In this document: one piece after another, positions 11,376 through 24,190 of the stretch
Position numbering within the stretch: position 1 is the stretch's first letter
How the letters are laid out: the number at the start of each line of letters is the position of its first letter
NCBI GenBank assembly: GCA_950097015.1
Contig: CATNEN010000039.1
Location: forward strand, 1,178,001-1,242,000
DNA: 64,000 nucleotides
From: Macrostomum hystrix
Lineage: Eukaryota; Animalia; Platyhelminthes
Direction of reading: 5' to 3'
Notes under the pieces: model-generated
Told to the model about the DNA's origin: nothing
The model's database searches: none
Seen by the model: only the letters and a program-made list of their open reading frames with translations
Made by a program: the position numbers and the translations under genes

Positions 11376-13738
11376 GGCGGCGGCCACCCCTGCCCTCCCC
11401 CCTGCATTTGCATCTTTGCCCCACAGACCAAGTAATATAACTAGACTGCGCATGCGGGTGTTCCCCACACTAAGGGGTGCGTGTCTTGTTTGTCATAGAG
11501 GAAATGGCACCCTCAGTTTTCCTTCCCCCCCGATCGATAATGGAACAGTGGGATAGTGGCAGCTCGCGGCCGCCGGCTAGCCGACACTTCCACTAGTCAA
11601 AAAATACTCGGCTAGCCGGGTGAATCCATGTGGACCCACGGGGGGGTAGGGGGTAGGGGGTAGACGTCCGATAAATTTTACATGGATCATGCTACTCGTC
11701 TACTGCAAGTAGAAAGTATGAAATATGAAGTATGTAACTGGCTATCTAAATATTTTTCCTTTGCACTGATAATCATTTATTTCCAAACATATAGGCAAGC
11801 AAACCACAGTTCATACTAATTAATACAATACAACTAAAGCTGAATGAGTTTAGATGGGACTTACTGATTAAGTGGATTTTACGTGTAATAGATATATGAC
11901 GCTTTTCTATCGTGCTAAGTAAGAACCAAGAAGTGATCACCCCGTCTCAAACAAATGATACTTCCACCTTAACAGCGAGGGCTTAATGGCTTATCAGAAG
12001 CCAGAACTAAAATTACAACACATCCACTGTATAAAATGGCTATAAAACGAAATAATTAGTAAATATTTAGCATCACAATAAAATATCGGATCAAAAAAAT
12101 TCATTAGTAAAAATAATACGGAAAAAATTCGAACCCCCCTCGTAACACTCAAACAGAGCGCTCTTTCTATCAACACGCCACACAGGTTGAGTTATACATG
12201 CATAGAAAGACATATTTATACTAGTTATAAGACAAAAACAAAATCAAATCATATTTATTTTAATTTTAAATTACTCATATTTATATAACTTGGTTGCTAG
12301 ATTATATTGGCTTCATTTTTGACGGCAGTTAATTGAAAAATTAAATTAAAGCTGTTTTACCCAGCTCTCCAACCCGTAAAATAGGCTTTTCATTCTACCC
12401 AGAATTCCAGAACCAGAATCAGTTCTAAAATTCCAGAAAGTATAGCGGTATAACTCTACAGTGCCTTAAAAGAAACGAAACAGAAACAAGTAAGACTGAT
12501 TATGTACTCGTAATTATTTATGACAATGATCCGAATAAGGTATTAGCAAAAAATAGCTCGCTGTGGGTCTAGTGTCACTAAATGATGTGCCATTGCCCGC
12601 AGTCCTTCTGCAATCATTCTCAATATAATTGTATTCATTTGTCTATAGAATTCGTCACTTTTTTAGTGTTACATGGGAAGAAAGAATTGTATTTTTATAA
12701 ATACTCTTTTTACATGTCAAAAACGAGTCTGAATAGTCCGGATTTTACGTCAATTTCATAACTTTACGTGCGTATGGTATAACAAATAATTATACAGAAC
12801 TAAGTATGCGCATTAAAAAAAGTGTATTAGTACTTCTCAAAAAAAGATTTTCTTAGTTACGTTGTAGTATAATTTTTTATTTAAGTTTTTATTTAATAGT
12901 TTAGAATTGTTTAAATAAAAAACGCGCCCTAATGCGCTGCGCCACCAAACTAGTTTAGTTGGCATTTTACACTTAGGATATCATTACATCCATAACAGAT
13001 TGTACTTTACTGTGTCTAGAGAAGGTATTTTTTAAAGTTACTTTGTCAATTTAAGTATTGAAATTTTCTATTAATTTTTTTATAACAAAGGTAAGCAATG
13101 TTTTTTCGTTTTAAATTTAGTTACTAGTACTACTTATGCCAGCAAATCGAAATCCCAATCCAATTGTTTTGATTTTCAACATTTATTAACTGACACAATG
13201 AAAATGTTACATGTAAAGTTAATAATAGATGTTAGTTAAAACCTAAGACTAAACTACTAAGAGTGTTACTAATGCAACTTATATCCAAATTATCAGTCAG
13301 TGGTCTGGCTGACTAGCTAAATTTTTTAAACCAAAATGATAATTGCTATAAAGTATAGACTTCAAGTTTTTAATACATTTTAACTTTGCTTGCTTTTTGG
13401 GCTTCTTGAACTTTGACTTACTAGACTTAGCTGCAGGGTGGTCCATGGACCCAGCGGGGAGGCGAGGGTCTCTTGAACTTTAGGTCTATATAAAATAGTT
13501 CTTGTTTTGATAGGATGATAAATCTGTGGCTACTAAGGCTTTTTGATGTGCTGATTTCATTTTTAATCAGATTTGTTATAGCTTTAACCCCCTACCATGC
13601 CATAGTCAGAAAAGTGGTAGAGTGCATGTCAAAACAATTTTTTGCTCCTCCCAAAATTGTACAACGTTACTACCTGCCTTGCAACAATAATAATTAATAT
13701 ACCTGGCATAAATAATGTGGTGTGGAATTTTTCATAAT

Positions 13739-14222
13739 GGCAGTGCTTATCCCCATGGTACTGTAGAAATAATTTTTGTCTTTTTCCTATGGTACCGTGG
13801 GAATAATTTCCTGCTTATCCGCACGGCACACTGATAAGATAGCTGTCCTAATCATCTATCTTTTTATCGTGACTGCAATTTTTTTTTCTTCCGGTTTTTA
13901 AAAGCAAGTAAACAAATAAAAGTTTTCTGCTTTTTTCGCAATTAGTTAACCAATACGGTGGCTTTTTAAGTATAATATATAAATATTGCTATTATTTATA
14001 TATTTAAAAGAATACAACTGAAGTGTGTATTTTTCTAATCTTATAGCTCAAGCCTTCTAAGCCTATAATCCAGTCTATTACTTTACGCATCTCTGGAGCT
14101 ATGTTGAAGATAGGACAGCTATCTCGTCAGTGTGCCGTGCAGATAAGCAGGAAATTATTCCCACTGTACTGTAGGAATAAGACAAAAATTATTTCTACGG
14201 TACCGTGGGGATAAGCACTGCC
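13739..14222. mobile_element. Mutator-type MITE (copy A)
   Basis: ~110-bp TIRs GGCAGTGCTTATCCCC...; 9-bp TSD TTTCATAAT. Confidence 0.92.
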
Positions 14223-14912
14223 TTTCATAATTGTCTTTGGCCATAACCAGCTCGGCAGCATCCAAAGAGCAGAAAGAATCGCAGCTACATTTCTAACCTT
14301 TATTAGTGACTTCAATCAGGCAATATTTCCAAGCTTCCAACTTCCAAGCATTCTGTAGCATTTTTTACTAGATTTGTCACTATATACCCTGTGGCTATAT
14401 AACAGCCAAGTAAACTAAACTAAACTGAACTGAACTGAATTGAACTGAATTGTTACGAATACTATAAACTGAATTGTTTCTGCACTGCACTTTTTGTTTC
14501 ATTTAGCGCAATTTTAAATTTATTCATAAAAATAATTTTGCAAACAAAAGTAAATTTATGCCATGCGCTTGTACACCTTTTTATAGAACAGCAACCCTTT
14601 TGTGACATAATATTCTCACTAGGCCCTACCCCTATAATATTTTTATATTATTATGGTACAGGCATACATAATACAAGAGTTACAAGATGAAATAAGATTA
14701 TTATGGTCAGTACTGATTATATTATAAGAAATTGAGATTATCAAACCAAAAAAAGAAACAAAGGAAATTTAAATTTAAATTAACTCAAATTTTAAAGCAT
14801 AAAGTAGGCACTAAAGCTTCGTATTTCAGTTTGAGTCTTAAATTAAAGTGCATAAGAAATAGTGCAATAAAATGGTTTTATTTTGTAATTCTAATTTTTT
14901 TCTTACACACAG

Positions 14913-16164
14913 ATGGTTCTAACTGGTGCCAATGTGTTTTTGCAAAACAAAGGAAAGGCAGGTAAGTTTTCTTATGGTCAGTATTACTTAAAAATATACT
15001 ACAGGGATATATAGTAAGACTAGAACTCAAGAAATAGTAATGTATGAGTAGGCAGCATTATTTTTAATACAAAACATTTTAGTCCATTTATGCAGCATAA
15101 CATTGTTTTTTTCTAAAAGTCTTGAATATTGTTGTATTTTCTAGGCTACATCATATGTTATATTCTCTGTGGGGTGCATCTATTAATTTACATAAAAGCT
15201 AGAAATAAATAAATATAATAATTAGTCACTATGTTTTGGTAAAATTTAAAAATTCAAATCTTCCTTTAATTCTAGTGTGGACCGCCGAACTGCGTCGCGA
15301 GTATATGAGTCTGCCAATCGAAGAAAAGCGACGTCTTCAAGAAGAAGCTAAAAATCAGCAGAAGAAAATAAGAAAAGTGGTAAATGATTTAAAACGTACA
15401 GGTGAGACATACGTACTTATTATATTAACCCGACGTGGAACCGATTTTACCACGTCCAATGACATATCGCCTAATGTTAGAAGCGCTATGGAGCCCCATA
15501 TAAATAAAATAGCAGAACTAATGGATGACGCGAAAAAAGCAGAACAACAAAATATGGCAAATGAGCGCAGTGATGTTCAGCTTGCTGAAACTAGTCAGCC
15601 ACGAAACCTAGCTTCTGTTTATAGCGATGTGAAAAAAATGCGACAAGAAATTTTTTAAGGGCTAAAATTGCACATAAAACAGCGACAGGTTTCGACGGCA
15701 AGATTCCATGGAGCCTTGTCGGAAAAAGTTGCAAATTCATTCCAGAATTGAAGGACCCCCATCACTTATCCAGAGAAAAATGTGTAGCCATTTTAAAGGA
15801 ACTCGAAAATACAGAACTGACATTTTGTAATTCAGTTTCCATTGATGTATCACCTGATCATGATACACCAATAAGTGCCTCTCATCTGCATCAACAACAG
15901 GCTCAAGTGATGGAAGAAGGGCTACAAGTCGATGACTACCATAATATCACCACAAGTGACTTGGAGAGTGAAGGAGATACGGCACTGACTTCTGTAACCG
16001 CGAAATATCGGCAACACTTTCACGAAAGTGAAAGTTCAACAAATTTTAATCCTTTCAATACTCCATTTGTAGATGACGCAAATAGACTTGCTCAGTCATC
16101 TTTATATGGGGCGAGCTCTGCACCCAACATTACGCTTAGACTAGATACTAGACAAACGGAATGA
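14913..16164 (+). pseudogene. Transposon accessory gene with HMG-box-like N-terminus (exons 14913-14961, 15276-16164; one frameshift at T-run 15651-15656)
   Basis: GT-AG intron keeps frame, giving MVLTGANVFLQNKGKAVWTAELRREYMSLPIEEKRRLQEEAK; after one indel the frame continues KIPW...KDPHHLS to the stop at 16164. Confidence 0.6.
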
Positions 16165-16337
16165 AATTTTAATATGAAACAATTATTAGAGGCCCACACG
16201 ACGCCAATAGCTTAATATTAGATAGTATAATATTTAAGATGCAATATGCTATGGTTTTCAATGTTTTCAGCCGAAAATAGTCACTGTGCAGAGAGCTGCT
16301 ATCTTTACAGGGACTAGAGTCTATATTCTGTCAAATA

Positions 16338-17190
16338 TTGCTGGGATTGTCAATGTGCATTTATTGCTTTGACATTTTTCCTCTGCTTAAAACTAATGCT
16401 GGGATTGTCACTGTGCATTCATTGCTTTGACATTTTTCCTCTGCATAAAACTAATGCTGGGATTGTCAATGTGCATTCATTGCTTTGACATTTTTCCCTC
16501 TGCATAAAACTAATGCTGGGATTGTCAATGGGCATTCATTGCTTTGACATTTTTCCCTCTGCATAAAACTAATGCTGGGATTGTCACTGTGCATTCATTG
16601 CTTTGACATTTTTCCCTCTGCAAAAAACTAATGCTGGGATTGTCAATGTGCATTTATTGCTTTGACATTTTTCCTCTGCATAAAACTAATGCTGGGATTG
16701 TCAATGTGCATTCATTGCTTTGACATTTTTCCCTCTGCATAAAACTAATGCTGGGATTGTCAATGTGCATTCATTGCTTTGACATTTTTCCCTCTGCATA
16801 AAACTAATGCTGGGATTGTCACTGGGCATTCATTGCTTTGACATTTTTCCCTCTGCATAAAACTAATGCTGGGATTGTCACTGTGCATTCATTGCTTTGA
16901 CATTTTTCCCTCTGCATAAAACTAATGCTGGGATTGTCAATGGGCATTCATTGCTTTGACATTTTTCCTCTGCATAAAACTAATGCTGGGATTGTCACTG
17001 TGCATTCATTGCTTTGACATTTTTCCTCTGCATAAAACTAATGCTGGGATTGTCAATGGGCATTCATTGCTTTGACATTTTCCCTCTGCATTTGTCAGAT
17101 AAATTTTTCTTTCACGAACGTGACGCGCCTCATCGTGGCGTGAAAGTGAACAGTGCGCGTTTCAATCTTTTGCACTTGCCAAGACGTCAC
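16338..17190 (+). repeat. 58-59 bp tandem array (~13 copies) plus ~100-bp unique block; inverted copy at 30049-30961
   Basis: TGCTGGGATTGTCAATGTGCATTCATTGCTTTGAC... units; unique block ends GACGTCAC. Confidence 0.95.
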
Positions 17191-17670
17191 ATAGAATTGA
17201 TAATATGATGCTGCTGACTCATAGAATTGATAATATGATGCTGCTGACTTATAGAATTGATAATATGATGCTGCTGTCACATAGAATTGATAATATCATG
17301 CTGCTGACTTATAGAATTGATAATATGATGCTGCTGTCACATAGAATTGATAATATGATGCTGCTGACACATAGAATTGATAATATGATGCTGCTGTCAC
17401 ATAGAATTAATAATATGATGCTGCTGACTTATAGAATTGATAATATGATGATGCTGACACATAGAATTGATAATATGATGCTGCTGTCACATAGAATTGA
17501 TAATATGATGCTGCTGACACATAGAATTGATAATATGATGCTGCTGTCACATAGAATTGATAATATGATGCTGCTGACTTATAGAATTGATAATATGATG
17601 TTGCTAACTTATAGAATTGATAATATGATGCTGCTGTCACATAGAATTGATGAGGTGATGTTGCTGATGG
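17191..17670. repeat. 30-bp minisatellite (ATAGAATTGATAATATGATGCTGCTGTCAC)
   Basis: About 16 tandem copies; related inverted copies at ~20229-20350 and ~21500-21560. Confidence 0.95.
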
Positions 17671-17680
17671 TGTGATCCAG

Positions 17681-18528
17681 TTGAGCCTCTGCGCCTTAAG
17701 TATCGACCGAAGCCGCGCAGTCCGAACCACATATACAAATTGTCGCTAAGTTGTCGCTACCTGCTCTCGGATGAGCTAACCTACGCGGATTGCCAACTCA
17801 TGCCTAAACTGCATCATCTGAAAATGGCCGCTAAGGTAGAATTCCCTGTTTGTCTGCCAGGGTTCGAATGCTTTTTTAATCTCAGAGTCTATTTAGCTCC
17901 AGCGGGCTAAAGATAGATTCTAAAATGAATGCGGGTCGGTATTGACTGTGAAATCAGATAGGAAAGAGATGAGACAGGATAAAGATGAGACAGGCGAGAG
18001 ATGTGACATGGAAGATGTAAGACACGGCACAGTTTTATACAGAGGAGAGATAAGACGGGAGATAAAACAGGGAAGATATGAGACAGTGAAGACATGAATC
18101 AGGGCCAAGATGCATGTGACAGTGTTCAGATTAGACAGAGGAGAGATGAGACAGGGGTGAGGTGAGATCGGAGAGACGAGACAGGGGTGAGGTGAGATCG
18201 GAGAGATGAGACGTCTTGGGTGAGATCAGAGAGATGAGACAGGCGTGATTCAATTGTTCGCATCGTCGATACATTTCAGTTCTATCGCGACTTCGATGTG
18301 CCATCAGAGCTGCAGCATCTGCAAGCCTATTATTCGGCCATGTACGAATGCGAGGCCTTCCGTTGTAGCTGTCCGGCCGACCGTGACGTCTATCAGTTGT
18401 ACCACGACAAGCTGCCTCGCGCATTGGTTGCTAAGAGACCGCAGCCCAGCCTGATGGACGACTCGCGGCTGTTGCTAGGCGAGAGCGGCACCGGTGGCAT
18501 TGGCAACAATGGTGCCGGCGTACATTGA
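17681..18528 (+). pseudogene. CLIC: 3' fragment of a chloride intracellular channel (CLIC) gene, two exons (17681-17835, 18280-18528)
   Basis: RYLLSDELTYADCQLMPKLHHLKMAAK | FYRDFDVPSELQHLQAYYSAMYECEAFRCSCPADRDV matches invertebrate CLIC C-terminal motifs; phase-0 GT-AG intron; no N-terminal exons seen. Confidence 0.8.
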
Positions 18529-18828
18529 TGGGCTAACATTTATTTAGGTAGAAAATTAGGCAAGTTTTGTTCGTTTTTCTCTAGCGAAAATGCGACAGCT
18601 GCTTTTTAATTTTTTTAGTTTTTTTATGGTAAAAATGACTTTAAACGATTAATAATTTTAGTTTTTACTAATACTAATTCGGGTGTATCTCCGTACTCAG
18701 TAAGATAAAAACTGCGATTTTTGTCGCCGCTTGCTTGTCTGTAAACTACAATGCCTATAAGTACTTATACATTCATCCTTTGCGTGTGTTTTTCTGAACT
18801 AAAAGCATTCGATTTTTTATAAATATTA

Positions 18829-19110
18829 CGAGGGGTGTCCCAAAAGTTCCCGGAATGTCCAACGTTGCTCTTCAACGGAGCCATGAAATTTCACGCCCAT
18901 GGTGTCAAATGAAAGGAAATTTTGTCAGAAAGAAAACAAAATTAAAATCATGTTCATATCTTTTTCTATTCAGGAGCTGCAGCAAGAAACGTGCGCGAAG
19001 GTCAGGGGTAGTGTTACACAAGCTCAAAAATCTATGAAAATGATTTTAAACAATAAAACACAGAACAGTTCGTTCACACTTTCCATAGACACTGCCACGT
19101 CTTTCTGACA
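18829..19110 (+). mobile_element. Tc1/mariner-like left end
   Basis: TA followed by CGAGGGGTGTCCCAAAAG, a mariner-type TIR start; right boundary not defined. Confidence 0.45.
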
Positions 19111-19682
19111 CGTCAGTAGCAGTGCCAGTATCAGTATCAGTATCAGTAGCACTAATTCAAAATGGAAATATCCAAAAATGGAGATGAAAAATGATTGCCA
19201 TAAATTTTGGAGCTTGTGTTAGTGCTCCGAAAGTTATTTTACTAAGCTCCACGAATGTAATTAAGTATGAGCATATATGTTTACAATGTCTCGCTAATTA
19301 AATTCTATGCCAAATTAAATTCCCGTTCTTTTTTTTAACGTGCAAAGCTTTCTACAAAAATATAGTTAGCTAGTACAAACCTTTATTAATTAATATAAAA
19401 TTGTTATTCAGATATAGTGCACTGTTATTTTAATACTTTCTTATAGATATTGCAGTAGTAAAATACAAAAAACGTACCGTTCTTGTATTGTGTTAATGTT
19501 AGTTAGCTCTACTAATGCTCTGTTTTGTTATTTACTTATCGCTGCTCATCATATGCTCATTTTATTCCATTCAAATAAAGCAACAATTAGAAAAAAATTG
19601 TTGTTTGCTTCAATCATTTTGTGTAGTAAACAGCTGAGATAAGCTACAAAATTCCTACTCAATGAGCTTGTAACATTGGTTA

Positions 19683-19868
19683 GGGCCGGGTGAGTGGCAA
19701 ATCGGTCTAACGCGTTGGCCTCTCGCACCGAGGTCCCTGAGCTCGATTCCGCGGCGAGGCCACATTCATTTTGAACGCAGCCGCGGAGAGAAGACTTAGG
19801 GGCACAGCGATAGTGTACACTGCCAGACGATGAGAAAGTCGGGCCCTATAAGCCCTATCTTATTACTG
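19683..19868 (+). mobile_element. tRNA-derived SINE
   Basis: A-box-like GTGGCAAATCGG and B-box-like GCTCGATTCC in a tRNA-like head, followed by a non-tRNA body. Confidence 0.6.
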
Positions 19869-19956
19869 ACGAATTTCCATAATTATTTCGATATCGACTG
19901 CCTCTCTAAAAACATATTTGTTGAAATTAGTAAAATATTCTACTTTTGTTTTCCAG

Positions 19957-20200
19957 CCCGCCAGCCAGTTCGGCGATGTGGACCTCGGAGGGAAAGTACG
20001 TAGTGTCAACGAGCATCCAGTCTGGTAGATCAGTCACTGACTGGCTGACTGCTGACTGACTGCTGCTGCAGCATCATAGAAGCAACTATGATGCTTCTCT
20101 AGAAATCATCATAGTTGCTTTGTTTCACGTGTTAAGACTTGGCAGCCGAATATTCGTCATTGACAATGACATCGAGCCGGTGCGCCAGCGGGAGTGCTTT
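19957..20200 (+). pseudogene. Deleted methyltransferase-family fragment
   Basis: GSRIFVIDNDIEPVRQRECF (20142-20200) aligns to GQVFVMDNDIRSVQQLENF; same upstream acceptor context as 20578-20626. Confidence 0.6.
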
Positions 20201-20626
20201 AGTAAAATTGTTTGAAACCCGTTAAACATTATCAATTCTATGAGTAAGCAGCATCACCTTATCAATTCTATTAGTAAGCAGCATCACCTTATCAATTTTA
20301 TTAGTAAGCAGCATCACCTTATCAATTCTATTAGTAAGCAGCCTCGCTTATCCTCTGTGTTTTTTTAAGCAATATGACTTCTTAATTAATTATTATATAA
20401 TTAAGCCGGGTTAATCTCAATGTGTTTGATGTGTTTGTCTCCTATTTTCATTATTTTGCCTTTTCATACTCAGATAGAAATTCATGGCATAGACTCAGAT
20501 CTCATTGGCCTAGATAGGATAGACTCAGGTGCTGTAGAGACTCAGATTCCATAGCCTGTGCTCACAAAATATATTTTAAAAACATTTTTGTTGAAATTAG
20601 TAAAATATTCTACTTTTGTTTTCCAG

Positions 20627-21402
20627 TCAGTCAGGCGACAAAGGAAACTTAGGGTTCTACCAATCTAGTGAATTTAGGGCCGCATACACAGTGTGCGAGC
20701 TCCCGAAGAAGCGGTTGTCCATTCGCCAGCTGATTCAAGCTGAGCTCTATGACGCCATCATGGGCTCAAACACCAGCAGCACCAGCTATGAGGTCCTGTC
20801 ACTCGGCTGCGGCCCAGGCAGCGACCTTCTTGCCGCCATGGACGTGTTCCAGCTGGTGGCCAAGTCAGAGGGTCTGGGACCACTTCAGATGGGCGTCACC
20901 GGTGTCGACATGTTTGATTGGCTGCTCTAGCCATTCCATGAGGCAGCCGCAGCGTTAGCTCTGCAGTGGCTAATCAGCAGCTTCCCGGAGCAGTTTCACC
21001 TGGGCCACAGCCAGGGACAACTAAAACCCAAAGAAAAGTCTATAAGTCATGTCAGGTGCGCATCCGTTAACTTAATTTAATCTTGGTTTGTAGTTTGTAT
21101 TTTATATATTATTGAAACGTTCGTTATAAATATGTTTGTTATAAATAAGTATATAAGGAATTGGCCCACGATGGAATGTCCCTGATTTTACTTCTCTGCT
21201 CTATTTATTTATTATTTATTAATTTTATTTATTAAAAAACTTAAATATATTTTTCATAATTTTCAATTTTTTATTACTAACTAGCAGACTACGGAGACTA
21301 CGTGGGACTACGGATGTTGCTACGACCTTATCCTGCTGAGCTATGCCGAGGTGCGGCTCTAAGACAAGTTTCGTCACCGACTGGCTGCCGCAGCTGCTAA
21401 AA
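20627..21402 (+). pseudogene. Divergent, apparently intron-containing paralog of the SAM-methyltransferase gene; stops and frameshifts
   Basis: FYQSSEFRAAYT...EVLSLGCGPGSDLL...TGVDMFDW; downstream piece YDLILLSYAE...DWLPQLLK matches FDIISVSFVD...LPQMLSK. Confidence 0.8.
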
Positions 21403-22132
21403 GTGCAATAATTTGTGTTGTCATTTTTGCTATTAACGCTGTTGTTGATTATCTGCTGCTGGTGCTAGACGCAGATCTTAGGAAAATTGTTTGAAACCCT
21501 TATCAATTTTATGAGTAAGCAGCATCACCTTATCAATTCTATTAGTAAGCAGCCTCGCTTATCCTCTGTGTTTATTTGTTTATTAGGCTCTAACCTGTTT
21601 ATTAAGTTCATTGAGTCGTTTATTCCTTCGTGTGAATCATCCCTTGTGTGGTTTGAGTCTGCGTTATTAGTAAACCAGCTATTACTTGCATGAGCGAAAA
21701 CCCAGAGTCACTTGAGTTCAAATCTGAGGCGAGCAAAAGACATTACGCTCACCAATTTTAATACTTTTGGCCTTTCTATTACCAGCGTTCTTTATTTTAT
21801 TCGGCATTCTGCCTGAGCTCAGTGGGCAAGCTTCTACCCTCAACTTCATCTATCCCGTAACTTTCATCCGCTATGAGCTTCTAACGGAAGCAAGTGTAAA
21901 ACATACCGACCCCGGTGATAGCCAAATAGGGCCTTAGCTTTAAAATCTCTTAATTTTTGTTATGCGTTTTAGAAAATTAGCAATTTTATTCATCAAAAGC
22001 TAAAAGTTAGTTTTTTGAAGTGCGAATATCGTTATTTTTTTAAGTTTCGGATGCTGAATTTTTGACGGCACATCAGGGGCTATCCAATAACGGCATGCGC
22101 GATTCCAGATGTGCACCTGTTCTACAAACTTA

Positions 22133-24085
22133 GGGGGTACATTTACGGATTCATCAGTGGTTACACTGAGTTGAATATATACTGCTTATAGTTGACTATC
22201 TGAACTGTTGAAGTGGGGGTACATTTACGGATTCATCAGTGGTTACACTGAGTTGAATATATACTGCTTATAGTTGACTATCTGAACTGTTGAAGTGAGG
22301 GTACATTTACGGATTCATCAGTGGTTACACTGAGTTGAATATATACGGCTTATAGTTGACTATCTGAACTGTTGAAGTGGGGGTACATTTACGGATTCAT
22401 CAGTGGTTACACTGAGTTGAATATATACGGCTTATAGTTGACTATCTGAACTGTTGAAGTGGGGGTACATTTACGGATTCATCAGTGGTTACACTGAGTT
22501 GAATATATACTGCTTATAGTTGACTATCTGAACTGTTGAAGTGAGGGTACATTTACGGATTCATCAGTGGTTACACTGAGTTGAATATATACGGCTTATA
22601 GTTGACTATCTGAACTGTTGAAGTGGGGGTACATTTACGGATTCATCAGTGGTTACACTGAGTTGAATATATACGGCTTATAGTTGACTATCTGAACTGT
22701 TGAAGTGGGGGTACATTTACGGATTCATCAGTGGTTACACTGAGTTGAATATATACTGCTTATAGTTGACTATCTGAACTGTTGAAGTGGGGGTACATTT
22801 ACGGATTCATCAGTGGTTACACTGAGTTGAATATATACGGCTTATAGTTGACTATCTGAACTGTTGAAGTGAGGGTACATTTACGGATTCATCAGTGGTT
22901 ACACTGAGTTGAATATATACGGCTTATAGTTGACTATCTGAACTGTTGAAGTGGGGGTACATTTACGGATTCATCAGTGGTTACACTGAGTTGAATATAT
23001 ACTGCTTATAGTTGACTATCTGAACTGTTGAAGTGGGGGTACATTTACGGATTCATCAGTGGTTACACTGAGTTGAATATATACTGCTTATAGTTGACTA
23101 TCTGAACTGTTGAAGTTAGGGTACATTTACGGATTCATCAGTGGTTACACTGAGTTGAATATATACTGCTTATAGTTGACTATCTGAACTGTTGAAGTGG
23201 GGGTACATTTACGGATTCATCAGTGGTTACACTGAGTTGAATATATACTGCTTATAGTTGACTATCTGAACTGTTGAAGTTAGGGTACATTTACGGATTC
23301 ATCAGTGGTTACACTGAGTTGAATATATACTGCTTATAGTTGACTATCTGAACTGTTGAAGTGGGGGTACATTTACGGATTCATCAGTGGTTACACTGAG
23401 TTGAATATATACTGCTTATAGTTGACTATCTGAACTGTTGAAGTGGGGGTACATTTACGGATTCATCAGTGGTTACACTGAGTTGAATATATACGGCTTA
23501 TAGTTGACTATCTGAACTGTTGAAGTGGGGGTACATTTACGGATTCATCAGTGGTTACACTGAGTTGAATATATACTGCTTATAGTTGACTATCTGAACT
23601 GTTGAAGTGGGGGTACATTTACGGATTCATCAGTGGTTACACTGAGTTGAATATATACGGCTTATAGTTGACTATCTGAACTGTTGAAGTGGGGGTACAT
23701 TTACGGATTCATCAGTGGTTACACTGAGTTGAATATATACGGCTTATAGTTGACTATCTGAACTGTTGAAGTGAGGGTACATTTACGGATTCATCAGTGG
23801 TTACACTGAGTTGAATATATACGGCTTATAGTTGACTATCTGGACTGTTGAAGTGGGGGTACATTTACGGATTCATCAGTGGTTACACTGAGTTGAATAT
23901 ATACTGCTTATAGTTGACTATCTGGACTGTTGAAGTGGGGGTACATTTACGGATTCATCAGTGGTTACACTGAGTTGAATATATACGGCTTATAGTTGAC
24001 CATCTGAACTGTTGAAGCGGGGGTACATTTACGGATTCATCAGAGGTTACACTGAGTTGAATACATACTGCTTAAATTCGACTAT
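22133..24085. repeat. 82-bp tandem satellite, ~24 copies
   Basis: GGGGTACATTTACGGATTCATCAGTGG... period 82. Confidence 0.97.
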
Positions 24086-24190
24086 CATGACAATTAATTT
24101 ACACTTGCACTTCAGGAAACAGAGTTCTGACAATGGGGCTTTTGGCGTTAAATTCGTATCAGATTGAGATGAGAAATCCACTTCTATACT

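Noticed and set aside
19683-19760. Functional tRNA gene
   Set aside because: Stems are imperfect and the head runs into a SINE-like body; similar degenerate heads at ~38405, ~38893 and ~46090 were also not called
20080-20120. 14-bp inverted repeat AAGCAACTATGATG/CATCATAGTTGCTT
   Set aside because: Real, but most simply repair filler at a deletion in the pseudogene; no evidence of function
16338-24085. Regular arrays resembling CRISPR
   Set aside because: Units are head-to-tail with no unique spacers, there are no cas genes, and the context is eukaryotic
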